A DNA stretch of 64,000 bases from assembly GCA_902799185.1 (NCBI GenBank), contig CADBZO010000004.1, positions 485 through 64,484 of the forward strand, given 5' to 3'. The DNA is from an uncultured Bacteroidales bacterium. Its GTDB lineage: Bacteria > Bacteroidota > Bacteroidia > Bacteroidales > Paludibacteraceae. The stretch's first letter is position 1; each line of letters opens with the position of its first letter. Below are positions 9,219 through 17,943 of this stretch, one piece after another. The notes under the pieces were generated by a model. The model did not search any database and was not told the DNA's origin. It was given only the letters and a program-made list of their open reading frames with translations. The position numbers and the translations under genes were made by a program.

Positions 9219-9245
9219 GTTCTTTCGTAATCTTTCGAAACAAAA
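9219..9245. promoter_or_regulatory. Putative DeoR/AgaR-type operator (CTTTCG repeats)
   Basis: gttctttcgtaatctttcgaaacaaaag lies in the divergent intergenic region. The same TTTCGAAA core occurs at 9466-9500 and 20622-20684. Confidence 0.4.
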
Positions 9246-9315
9246 GACAGGCTGTTCATCGTCAGGAACAGTCCACAAGCCGCCTACATCTGCAGGGCTC
9301 TGAGCCTATTATGAT

Positions 9316-9370
9316 GCACTTATTGCGCACTTATGGCACACTTATCGCGCACTAATCACGCACTAATTTT
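9316..9370. repeat. Five tandem 11-bp units (GCACTWATNNC)
   Basis: Units read as gcacttattgc, gcacttatggc, acacttatcgc, gcactaatcac, gcactaatttt. Confidence 0.9.
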
Positions 9371-9465
9371 CGCATATTACCCTTTAGTATTATATACTAC
9401 GTATATAATACCGCCATGTTCGGTATCGGGCTTAGAAACAAAAGGCGGTACCAGCCCTCAGACAA

Positions 9466-9500
9466 ACCTTTTTCGAAAGGTTGCGAAAGAGGAAACGAAA
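9466..9500. promoter_or_regulatory. Putative AgaR-type operator shared with the regulator's own promoter
   Basis: tttttcgaaaggttgcgaaaga (9469-9490) nearly matches tttttcgaaaccttgcgaaaga (20661-20682). Confidence 0.5.
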
Positions 9501-9596
9501 GTTGTATGATGTTTATTTACAGCAAGTTGCGTTCGGAAGTTTCGGAAATGTGCTGTAGAGCATAAAAATAGTTATTAAAGTAAGGATAAAAAGTTG

Positions 9597-9604
9597 TAAT
9601 TTTG
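9597..9604 (+). promoter_or_regulatory. Bacteroidota -7 promoter box TAATTTTG
   Basis: Matches TAnnTTTG, 67 nt upstream of the agaS-like ATG. Confidence 0.5.
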
Positions 9605-9619
9605 CGGCGATTTAGACAG

Positions 9620-9649
9620 AGTCAAAAGTCAAAAGTCGAAAGTCAAAAG
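9620..9649. repeat. Tandem heptamer array (AGTCAAA), about 4 copies, in the agaS leader
   Basis: Reads agtcaaa agtcaaa agtcgaa agtcaaa ag. Confidence 0.9.
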
Positions 9650-9670
9650 AAAAATAACACATCTAAAGAT

Positions 9671-10813
9671 ATGAACAACACAGGATTTACCTTCAATGAG
9701 ATTCACCAGCAGCCGGCGATGTGGCGTAAAGAGCTAGAGGCGCTGCTGGCACAGAAAGCAGCCGTGAGTGCATTCATGCACCAGTACCTCACTTCCGAGA
9801 CCGACATCGTTCTGACCGGTGCCGGCACTTCGGCTTTCATCGGCGATGCGATAGAGCCGGTAATGCGCGGCATGTGGCGTAACGTCCGCGCCGTGCCGAC
9901 CACCGACCTGATTACTCACGCCGAGTATCTGTTAGACGCCGAGCGGCCGTTGTTGCTGATCAGTTTTGCACGTTCGGGCAACAGTCCGGAGAGCGTGGGG
10001 GCGGTGAAGCTCGCCAACAAGCTATGCAAGAACGTAGCGCATATCTATATCACCTGCAACAAGAACGGGAAACTGGCGCAGCAAGCAGTCGAAAGTCAAA
10101 AGTCTAAAGTCGAAAGCAATATTCTGCTACTCCTGTTGCCGGAGGAGACGGACGACAAGAGTCTGGCTATGACGAGCAGTTTCTCGACGATGCTGCTGAC
10201 CTGTCTCATGCTGGGGCATATTGACACGCTGGAGCAGGATAAGGAGATGATAGAGAAAGCGGTGAAGAACGCGGAAGCGGTGATAGCCGGCTATGAGGAG
10301 CAGCTCAAGGAGATAGCGAGCCGTCCGTTCGAGCGGGGTGTGTTCCTCGGGTCCGGAGCGTTGAAAGGTATCGCGGAGGAGTGCCACCTGAAGCTACAGG
10401 AGCTGACGGACGGCGCGGTAGTATGCAAGTACGACTCGTTCTTAGGTTTCCGCCACGGTCCGAAGGCCGTAGTGAACAGCAAGTCCATCGTGGTGTATCT
10501 GATGACGGACGAGGAGAAAGTGATGCGGTATGAGCGTGACTTGGTGCGTCAGGTGGACGCCAACAACAAGCCGGTGGCGCAGATCATCGTGATATCGGGC
10601 AGAAAGCCGGAGATGCCGGAGGTGAAGGCTGACTTGGTGGTGGAACTGCCGTACAGCAAGGCAGAGACCGACTTCTACGGTATCGTACCTTACGTGCTCG
10701 TAGGACAATTATTAGGATACTACGCGTCACTCGCGCACGGGCTGAATCCCGATGCACCGAGCGTGAGCGGAAACATACACCGCGTGGTGGAAGGAGTGAC
10801 CATTTACGATTGA
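9671..10813 (+). CDS. agaS: SIS-domain sugar isomerase/deaminase, AgaS-like (galactosamine-6-P to tagatose-6-P)
   Basis: The N-terminus FTFNEIHQQPAMW, LTGAGTS and SFARSGNSPES resemble the AgaS/GlmS-type double-SIS family. ATG at 9671 chosen because the longer ORF start runs through the heptamer array. Confidence 0.75.
   Translation: MNNTGFTFNEIHQQPAMWRKELEALLAQKAAVSAFMHQYLTSETDIVLTGAGTSAFIGDAIEPVMRGMWRNVRAVPTTDLITHAEYLLDAERPLLLISFARSGNSPESVGAVKLANKLCKNVAHIYITCNKNGKLAQQAVESQKSKVESNILLLLLPEETDDKSLAMTSSFSTMLLTCLMLGHIDTLEQDKEMIEKAVKNAEAVIAGYEEQLKEIASRPFERGVFLGSGALKGIAEECHLKLQELTDGAVVCKYDSFLGFRHGPKAVVNSKSIVVYLMTDEEKVMRYERDLVRQVDANNKPVAQIIVISGRKPEMPEVKADLVVELPYSKAETDFYGIVPYVLVGQLLGYYASLAHGLNPDAPSVSGNIHRVVEGVTIYD
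10087..10116. repeat. In-frame heptamer array (AGTCRAA), 4 copies, inside agaS
   Basis: agtcgaa agtcaaa agtctaa agtcgaa encodes VESQKSKVES. Same unit as the leader array at 9620-9649. Confidence 0.9.
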
Positions 10814-10829
10814 CGTCGACCGTCAATCG
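10807..10829. terminator. Perfect 9-bp-stem hairpin overlapping the agaS stop
   Basis: cgattgacg-tcgac-cgtcaatcg. No T-run follows. Confidence 0.3.
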
Positions 10830-10835
10830 TAAATG

Positions 10836-10872
10836 AATGTACGAAGGACAAATGTACGATGTACGAAGGAAA
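10836..10872. repeat. Heptamer array of the ATGTACG / AAGGAC family (intergenic)
   Basis: gaatgtacgaaggacaaatgtacgatgtacgaaggaa uses the same unit family as 939-994 and 23643-23677. Confidence 0.8.
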
Positions 10873-10922
10873 TCCGCCAAACTTGGCGGATAAAACAAAG
10901 ACAAACAAAAACAATACATTTT

Positions 10923-12161
10923 ATGGCAAAGACAGAAAATATCCTCCGTGTGATGGAGGAACGCAAAAAAGCAACAGGAGTACCGATGACGTTATTTGCG
11001 GCATGCCCGAACTCGCTGTCGGTTATCAAAGCGTCGTTCCGTGCGGCGAAACGTAATAACTCACCTATCTATTTTGCTACGACGCTGAACCAAGTGGACT
11101 GCGACGGCGGTTACACCGGCATGACACAGGCGGAGTTCACGAAGATCCTCGCCCGCGAGGCGGCAGCCGTTCATTACACGGGTCCGTACGTAGTAGCCAT
11201 CGACCACGGCGGTCCATGGCTCAAAGACAAACAGAGCATCGAGCGTTGGGACACCGAGCGCGCCATGCAGGGCGTGAAAGAGAGCTACGAGGCAGCCATT
11301 CTTGCCGGCTATGACCTGATACACGTGGACCCGACGGTAGATATTTTCCTGCCGAAAGGCGAAATCATAGACATCCACGTGGTAGTGAAACGCACGGTGG
11401 AGCTCATCAAGCACGCGGAGGATTTCCGCAAGGCGCACAACCTGCCTCCTATCTCCTATGAGGTAGGCACGGAAGAGGTACACGGCGGTCTGGCGGACGA
11501 GAAGACGTTCGACACCTTCCTGGAGGGACTGAAAGCCGGTCTGCACGAGGTGGGTCTGGACGACATATGGCCGTGCTTCATCGTCGGCAAGGTAGGCACC
11601 GACCTGCACACCACGTTCTTCGACGCCGAGGTGGCCCGCAAGCTGACGGCTAAGGTACGTCCGTACGGCAGTTATATCAAGGGTCACTATTCCGACGACG
11701 TGGACAACCCCGAGGACTACCCGAAGGCAGGCATGGGTGCTGCGAACGTAGGTCCGGAGTTCACGATGAACGAATACGAGGCATTGGCGGAACTCGAGGA
11801 AGAAGAGAAGAAACAGTTCGCGGAGGGCAAGGTTGCGCAGCTGAGCCATATGACCGAGGTGCTGTGGCAATGCGTATATGAGAGCAACCGCTGGAAGAAA
11901 TGGCTGCACGGCGAAGAGGTAGGCAAAGACCTGAAGGAGTGCACGCCGGAGCGGCAGTTATGGCTCGTGATGACCGGCTGCCGGTATATATGGCAGAAGC
12001 CGGAGGCGCTGGTAGCCCGCCAAAAGCTCTACGACAACCTGCAGCACTTAGGTATCAACGCCGAAGAGGTGGTGCTGATGCGTATCGAGCGGAACATGGA
12101 CAAATACTACCATGCGTTCAATATCGTTAATTTGAACGACTATTTGAAAGGTGAAAGGTGA
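10923..12161 (+). CDS. GatZ/KbaZ-family protein (tagatose-bisphosphate aldolase accessory subunit / tagatose-6-P 4-epimerase family)
   Basis: LFAACPNS...IYFATTLNQVD...AIDHGGPW...HVDPT pattern typical of GatZ/KbaZ. ATG at 10923 lies after the repeat. The stop TGA lies in the GAAAGGT array. Confidence 0.7.
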   Translation: MAKTENILRVMEERKKATGVPMTLFAACPNSLSVIKASFRAAKRNNSPIYFATTLNQVDCDGGYTGMTQAEFTKILAREAAAVHYTGPYVVAIDHGGPWLKDKQSIERWDTERAMQGVKESYEAAILAGYDLIHVDPTVDIFLPKGEIIDIHVVVKRTVELIKHAEDFRKAHNLPPISYEVGTEEVHGGLADEKTFDTFLEGLKAGLHEVGLDDIWPCFIVGKVGTDLHTTFFDAEVARKLTAKVRPYGSYIKGHYSDDVDNPEDYPKAGMGAANVGPEFTMNEYEALAELEEEEKKQFAEGKVAQLSHMTEVLWQCVYESNRWKKWLHGEEVGKDLKECTPERQLWLVMTGCRYIWQKPEALVARQKLYDNLQHLGINAEEVVLMRIERNMDKYYHAFNIVNLNDYLKGER

Positions 12162-12187
12162 AAGGTGAAAGGTGAAAGGTGAAAGCA
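12146..12187. repeat. Tandem heptamer array (GAAAGGT), 6 copies
   Basis: Direct reading. The array ends one base before the ATG at 12188. Confidence 0.95.
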
Positions 12188-13600
12188 ATGAAGAACACAC
12201 GGATATCCATATACGCGCTCGCGTTCCTGTTCCTCTTCGGTGCGTGCGGGTGCGAGAAGCCGAAGGCGGTAGAGGAGCCTCAGCCCAACGACTCCACCCG
12301 AGTGGAGCCGACCGAGGAGGTAATGAGCAACCCGGATCTGTCGCTCGTCAGTTATGAGATACTGGCGAACGACAACCGCGTGTGGAGCGGGAAGCCGCAG
12401 ATCACCATCCGTATCACGAACAGCAACCCGGGTGCCGTAAAATTAGGTCTGAAGGCAGTTATCACGACCGACAAGAAAGCGGCTGTGCTCACGATAGAGG
12501 ACCACGTGGTGGTGGGTTCCAAGAGTCCGAAGGATGCGGTACTGACGACCGCCGAAACGATGGAGCCCGGTATTTATCACGCCGCCTGTTCCGCTGAGGG
12601 CACCGCTCTGAGCGAGTTCAATTTTGCCATCGACCCGTTCCGGATTACCTCGGTGAATGACAAGCCGGGAGATTTCGACGCTTTCTGGCAGGCAGCGAAA
12701 GACCAGCTGGCGGGCATAGACATGCATGCGACGCTGACGGAGATCCCCGAGCGGAGCACTGCCCAATGCAAGGTCTATCTGGTGACGATGAACTCCATCC
12801 CGGACGGCACGGAAGGCGAGCCGGTGGTTATCCGCGGCTATTACTGCGAGCCGCAGGACGGCAAGAAACACCCGGTGGTCCTGCATTTCTACGGCTATGA
12901 CACCCAAGGCTATACGGGTGCTGTCGATTGTCCGTACGGCGGTACGAACGCCGAGCTGTATCTCTCCCACCGCGGCCAGTATCTCAACAACCGCCCTGCC
13001 GGCACGAACTTAGGCGTGGCGGAGGAGACGACCAATATCTACGGAGACTGGTTCCGGTATCATCTGGGCGAGAAGGAGAGTTATTACTACCGGGGTGCGT
13101 ACATGGACGCCGTGCAAGCAGTGCGGTTCATGGCCACGCGCGAGAGCAGCGACATGACGAAGCTGTTTGCCGAGGGTTCGAGCCAAGGCGGCGCGCTGAC
13201 CTACGCCTGCGCGGCACTGAGCGACTACCCCTTCACGGCTATCGCCGCCAACGTAGCGTTCATGGGCGATTTCGCAGACGCGAAAGACATCGAGAGTCTC
13301 GCCTATTGGGAGATCAGCGACCATTACTGGGTGGACGGAGTGGCTGTCGAACAGAGTCTGCAGTACCTGCCGTATTTCGACATCAAGCACCTGACACCGC
13401 GTATCTCGTGCCCCGTGCTGGCGTCAAGCGGTCTGGCGGACGACGTATGCCCGGCGAGACTGAACCTCGTGCCGTTCAACAACTTAGCCACACCGGCGGA
13501 CCAGAAGGAATACATCATCGAGCCGGAGATGGGACACAGTTTTCCCGCCGGGTGGTGGAACAAGATGAACCAATTGTTCCAATCAAAGATTGGGAGTTGA
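12188..13600 (+). CDS. Lipoprotein, acetyl-xylan-esterase/cephalosporin-C-deacetylase (CE7, AXE1)-like
   Basis: Lipobox LFLFGAC. GSSQGG nucleophile-elbow motif. YYCEP...HPVVLHFYGY resembles AXE1. Confidence 0.65.
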   Translation: MKNTRISIYALAFLFLFGACGCEKPKAVEEPQPNDSTRVEPTEEVMSNPDLSLVSYEILANDNRVWSGKPQITIRITNSNPGAVKLGLKAVITTDKKAAVLTIEDHVVVGSKSPKDAVLTTAETMEPGIYHAACSAEGTALSEFNFAIDPFRITSVNDKPGDFDAFWQAAKDQLAGIDMHATLTEIPERSTAQCKVYLVTMNSIPDGTEGEPVVIRGYYCEPQDGKKHPVVLHFYGYDTQGYTGAVDCPYGGTNAELYLSHRGQYLNNRPAGTNLGVAEETTNIYGDWFRYHLGEKESYYYRGAYMDAVQAVRFMATRESSDMTKLFAEGSSQGGALTYACAALSDYPFTAIAANVAFMGDFADAKDIESLAYWEISDHYWVDGVAVEQSLQYLPYFDIKHLTPRISCPVLASSGLADDVCPARLNLVPFNNLATPADQKEYIIEPEMGHSFPAGWWNKMNQLFQSKIGS

Positions 13601-13659
13601 TAGTTGAGAGTTGAGAGTAGTTGAAAGTTGATAGTTGATAGTTAATAGTTGATAGTTAT
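13594..13659. repeat. Tandem heptamer array (AGTTGAK), about 9 copies
   Basis: gagttga tagttga gagttga ... tagttga tagttat. Ends two bases before the ATG at 13661. Confidence 0.95.
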
Positions 13660-13660
13660 T

Positions 13661-14605
13661 ATGAAACAGTTTGATATCATAGCCTTGGGCGAGCTGAACG
13701 TGGATCTGATCCTCAACCAGATAGAGAGCGAGCCGGAGATAGGCAAGGAGAAGTTTGCCAAACAGATGACGCTGACATTGGGCAGTTCGACGGCTATCTT
13801 TGCCGCCAACGCCGCTGCGTTGGGAGCCAAAGTGGCGTTCTGCGGCATGATCGGCAATGACGCTTTCGGCGACCTGGTAGAGAGCAGTCTGAAAGCGAAA
13901 GGCGTGGACACGCGTTACCTCATCCGCCAGGACCGGTACGCCACCGGCGCGACTATCTGCATGAGTTACGACGAGGACCGCGCGAACCTGACCTACCAGG
14001 GGGCGATGGACTATATGTCCTTAGAGGACATCCATCCGGAGGTGTTCCAAGAGGCGAAGCATATCCATATATCCTCCATCTTCATGCAAAGCGGCGTGAA
14101 GCGCGACTTGATGAAGATTTTAGAGCTTTGCAAAGCCAACGGCGTGACGACCTCACTCGACACGCAGTGGGACCCCGTAGAGCAATGGGACCTGGATTAC
14201 AAACAGGTGCTGCCGCTGCTGACGGTGTTCATGCCCAACGAGACGGAGCTGAAATACCTGACGGGCAGTCAGACCCTGGAAGAGGCCATCGAGAAGATAC
14301 GTCCGTACGTCCACGCCGCCGTCATCAAATGCGGCAGCAGGGGCTCTCTGCTCCTCCGCAAAGGGCAGCCCGACCGGATGCAGGAGGCGCTGCTGAACAA
14401 GCACGTAGTCGATTGCATCGGTGCGGGTGACAGCTTCAACAGCGGTTTCATCACCCGTCTGGCGGCAGGCGACCCGTTGGACCGGTGCCAACAGTACGGC
14501 AACATGACCGGCGCGGTGAACACCACCGCTGCGGGAGGCACCACAGCGTTCACCAGCCGTGAGGACGTAGAGCGCATCGGACGCGAGCGCTTCGGATGGC
14601 AATAA
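13661..14605 (+). CDS. PfkB-family carbohydrate kinase (tagatose-6-P/ketohexose-P kinase-like)
   Basis: N-terminal IALGELNVDL and C-terminal DCIGAGDSFNSGF resemble the PfkB signatures. Confidence 0.75.
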   Translation: MKQFDIIALGELNVDLILNQIESEPEIGKEKFAKQMTLTLGSSTAIFAANAAALGAKVAFCGMIGNDAFGDLVESSLKAKGVDTRYLIRQDRYATGATICMSYDEDRANLTYQGAMDYMSLEDIHPEVFQEAKHIHISSIFMQSGVKRDLMKILELCKANGVTTSLDTQWDPVEQWDLDYKQVLPLLTVFMPNETELKYLTGSQTLEEAIEKIRPYVHAAVIKCGSRGSLLLRKGQPDRMQEALLNKHVVDCIGAGDSFNSGFITRLAAGDPLDRCQQYGNMTGAVNTTAAGGTTAFTSREDVERIGRERFGWQ

Positions 14606-14647
14606 CTATCGGGAAGCTCTATATAACTAACCTTAAAACATATACTT

Positions 14648-17600
14648 ATGAAACGATTCTTACTCCTTTGGACGGTCTGCACGGCGGTGCTGTGCGCGTC
14701 AGCAAGCAACCGTTATGTCTCCCCTACGGGCAGCGACGGCGACGGCAAGTCGTGGGCGAACGCCGTACACACGATAGCCCAGGCTATCTGGAACGTAGGG
14801 GCAGGCGACACGATGTTCATCGCCGAAGGCGTGTATAACGAGGCTATCTCCGCGCAGAGCGGTGCTACCTATTTAGGCGGTTACAATGCCGAGACGGGGC
14901 TTCGCGATCCGGAGCTGTACGAGAGTATCATTGACGGTACGGGGCGTACGTCGTGGTCGCTCGTCAAATATGACGGCGACCCGGAGTCACGCATCACCGT
15001 GGACGGTCTGGTATTCCAAAACGCCAACCATAGCGAGTGGGGCGGCGCAGCGATGTACCTGCGCGGCAACATGACCATCCACCACTGCGTCTTCCGCAAT
15101 AACACCAGCGGTTCGAAAGCCGGTGGGCTGTTTATTGATCCGTCCGGGAGTGAGCAGACCATCATCAGTAACTGTCTTTTTGAGAACTGTAACAACACCG
15201 CGGGAGACCAAGCGGCGGCTATCAGTTGTGAGGAGGCGAACCTGAATGTGCTGGTGGAGAACTGCATCATCCGCGGTTGTAGCGGCGATGTCATGATTTA
15301 TTCGAAACCCGGCATGGTAGTCCGCAACTGCGTGATTTACAACAATCATGCGAATAAGAACGGCTGTATCTACGGTGGCGGCAGTTTCTTCAACAACACC
15401 GTTTGCAACAACACCGGCACGCGTTATGCGGGCAGCCGTACGACAGGACGGGTGACGAACACCGTCTTCTGGGGCAATGTACGTACGGGAAGCGGTACGG
15501 AGTACGTCAATTATGTGGACGCTTCCTCCGGCGCAACGAATAATATCGCCGATGAAGGACAAGGCGTTCCCGTAGGGCTGGCTGCAGACAACAGCGACAC
15601 GGACGGCCCTAACTTCGTCAACCCGACGAATTTCGCAGGTCTGCCGAAGAACGATCTGGAGCGTGCGGCGATGCAGCAAGCCGACTTCTCGCTGACCGCG
15701 TTCTCCGCCAAGCTCATTGACCAAGGTGACAACGCCTCCGCACCGGTGCAAGACCTCCGCGGCGTGGCGCGTCCGAAAGGAACAGCTGCGGACATAGGCG
15801 CCTATGAGTATGACCCGAATGCGGTGAACATCCCCGTCACGGGCGTGAACATCCTCCAGGATACCCTCCGCGTCATCGTAGGCGAGTCGGGTTCGCTCAT
15901 TGCGCAGGTAGCCCCCGTGAACGCCACCAACAACCGCGTGGAATGGACTATCGACGACGCCACCGTGGCTACCATCAAGAACGGGAAGGTGACGGGCCTC
16001 CAGGTGGACACCACCATCGCCCGCGTGAAGACCCTCGACGGCGGTTTTGAGGACTACGCCGTAGTGATCGTCAAACCCGTTCCGCCCAAGTTCTACCCGC
16101 AGGAGGTGCTGGACGCCGATGTCCACTACCGCATCGAGGACTACACCATCCCGAGTTTCATTCCTTTCCTCGTAGCCAAGGAGGAGGCGCGTATCGACAG
16201 TCTGGAGACCAAGGACAATCCCGACATCGCCTTGATAGAGGGCAAGTTAGCGGTGATGCGTACGCGTATTACGGAGCTGCAGCCCAAGGAGAACCCCTAT
16301 AATCCGATAGCCACCATCCACGGCGACCCGGCTACGCATATGGGCTTCTGCTGGTTCACCAACGGCGGCATCCAAGAGGGCGAGGTGCAGCTGGTAGCCA
16401 AAGCCAATGCCACCGAGGGGGACTTCAACGGCGCGGACGTCATCTCCGTTCCCGCACAGACCTCCGACGCTACCCTCCACTACACGCCCATCCAGGCTTC
16501 CGAGAGTCCCAAATACGACATCTGTACGGCTGCCGGTCTGCCCCGCAACACAAAGTTTGACTACGTCAGCCATAAGGCACAGGCCACCACGCTCCAACCG
16601 GGTACCGTCTATAGTTGGCGCGTAGGCTTCAACGGCCACTGGAGCGAGATTGCACAGTTCGTCACCAAGGACGAGAAGCAGGGCAATTTCTCCTTCGTAT
16701 ATATGTCCGACAGCCATATCCAGGACGCCGAATATATCACCGAGGCACGGAAATGCGCCCAGGCGGTAGCCAAGAACGAGAGTGACGTGAAGTTCTGCGT
16801 CTTCCCCGGCGACTTTGTCGATACCGGCGGTGCCACCAACTCCGAGTGGCAGTGGGAGCAGTGGTTCGAAGGCTCTATGCGGGCTATGCTCAACAAGATG
16901 GCAGTAGTGCCTACCGACGGCAACCACGACGACAGCCCGTCGCTCAACTACGACTACCATTTCAACACCGACTGGGGTTTTGCCAATGCCGCCCAGACCA
17001 AGCCGCAGTTCAAAGGCATCACCTACAGCTTCGTCTATGGCGATGTGCTCTTCCTCGTCTATTCGATGCAGGACTGGTGGCGTGCTCCCGGCACCAGCGA
17101 GTCAGGCATGACCTCGCCGTATTTCACCCATGACCTGCGGAACTGGTTCCAGGAACAGATAGCCAAATACCCGGATACCAAATACCGCGTGACGCTGTGC
17201 CACAAGAACGTCTTCTCCGGTGCCGGGCACCACACCGATGACGAGTCGTCGCTCATCCGCGCGATGATGCTGCCTATCTTCAAGGAGTGCGGCATCGACC
17301 TGGCTATCCAGGGACATGACCACTGCTATGAGATCATCGGTCCGGTCAACCCCGACACCCGCGAACTGATTACATCCGCCGTCTCCGGCGTGAATACCGT
17401 GGCGGTGAACACCAACACGAACATGACCGGCAAAGAGGGCGGTACGTTTGTCACCGACGACGGTACGCTCTATTTCATCGGCGCTACCTGCGGACGCAAG
17501 CGTTACTATCCGTATTCACGCGAGAAGATGGAGGCGGAGTACACCACCGACCCGGCTATCCTCTTTGACTACAAGCACCACAACGTGAAGAACCTCTTCG

Positions 17601-17890
17601 ACCTGTTCTCGTCGAAGTTCGGCCAGCCGGGCAGCCCGAGTTACAGCCGCTTCAACGTCACCGGCGAGTATATCGAGATTGTCACCTACAAGACCGACGA
17701 CAACGGCAACAAAGAGGTGTTCAACACCATCCGCGTGAAGAACAGCCGGCCGAGCAATACCGGCAGCGGCATCCCGCAGACCCGGGACAACGACCTGAAC
17801 GCGTGCAGCAAATACCTCCGCGACGGCAAACTGTTCGTGGTAAAAAACGGAGTGACCTATAACGTTATCGGGCAGCGTATTGCCCGGTAA
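14648..17890 (+). CDS. Secreted beta-helix / Big_2 / FN3 / metallophosphoesterase fusion protein (1080 aa)
   Basis: Signal peptide present. Beta-helix-like N-terminus (GDGKSWANA...). Ig-like segment (VTGVNILQDTLRV...). Metallophosphoesterase motifs MSDSHIQD, PGDFVD, DGNHDD and QGHDHCYE. Confidence 0.8.
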   Translation: MKRFLLLWTVCTAVLCASASNRYVSPTGSDGDGKSWANAVHTIAQAIWNVGAGDTMFIAEGVYNEAISAQSGATYLGGYNAETGLRDPELYESIIDGTGRTSWSLVKYDGDPESRITVDGLVFQNANHSEWGGAAMYLRGNMTIHHCVFRNNTSGSKAGGLFIDPSGSEQTIISNCLFENCNNTAGDQAAAISCEEANLNVLVENCIIRGCSGDVMIYSKPGMVVRNCVIYNNHANKNGCIYGGGSFFNNTVCNNTGTRYAGSRTTGRVTNTVFWGNVRTGSGTEYVNYVDASSGATNNIADEGQGVPVGLAADNSDTDGPNFVNPTNFAGLPKNDLERAAMQQADFSLTAFSAKLIDQGDNASAPVQDLRGVARPKGTAADIGAYEYDPNAVNIPVTGVNILQDTLRVIVGESGSLIAQVAPVNATNNRVEWTIDDATVATIKNGKVTGLQVDTTIARVKTLDGGFEDYAVVIVKPVPPKFYPQEVLDADVHYRIEDYTIPSFIPFLVAKEEARIDSLETKDNPDIALIEGKLAVMRTRITELQPKENPYNPIATIHGDPATHMGFCWFTNGGIQEGEVQLVAKANATEGDFNGADVISVPAQTSDATLHYTPIQASESPKYDICTAAGLPRNTKFDYVSHKAQATTLQPGTVYSWRVGFNGHWSEIAQFVTKDEKQGNFSFVYMSDSHIQDAEYITEARKCAQAVAKNESDVKFCVFPGDFVDTGGATNSEWQWEQWFEGSMRAMLNKMAVVPTDGNHDDSPSLNYDYHFNTDWGFANAAQTKPQFKGITYSFVYGDVLFLVYSMQDWWRAPGTSESGMTSPYFTHDLRNWFQEQIAKYPDTKYRVTLCHKNVFSGAGHHTDDESSLIRAMMLPIFKECGIDLAIQGHDHCYEIIGPVNPDTRELITSAVSGVNTVAVNTNTNMTGKEGGTFVTDDGTLYFIGATCGRKRYYPYSREKMEAEYTTDPAILFDYKHHNVKNLFDLFSSKFGQPGSPSYSRFNVTGEYIEIVTYKTDDNGNKEVFNTIRVKNSRPSNTGSGIPQTRDNDLNACSKYLRDGKLFVVKNGVTYNVIGQRIAR

Positions 17891-17943
17891 CGTGCCCTCG
17901 GGCAAACCCACAAACATATATAAACCATTAAAATCTAATCATT

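Noticed and set aside
9602-9670. Longer N-terminal extensions given by the ORF track: 9602 for agaS, 10833 for the gatZ-like gene, 417, 12179, 13649 and 26910.
   Set aside because: The extensions start at non-ATG codons and are translations of the heptamer arrays (for example SQKSKVESQKK, NVRRTNVRCTKE). An ATG with a normal N-terminus follows each array.
353-13659. Whether the short tandem arrays could be CRISPR arrays.
   Set aside because: The units are 7-11 bp and strictly contiguous, with no spacers. No cas genes are present.
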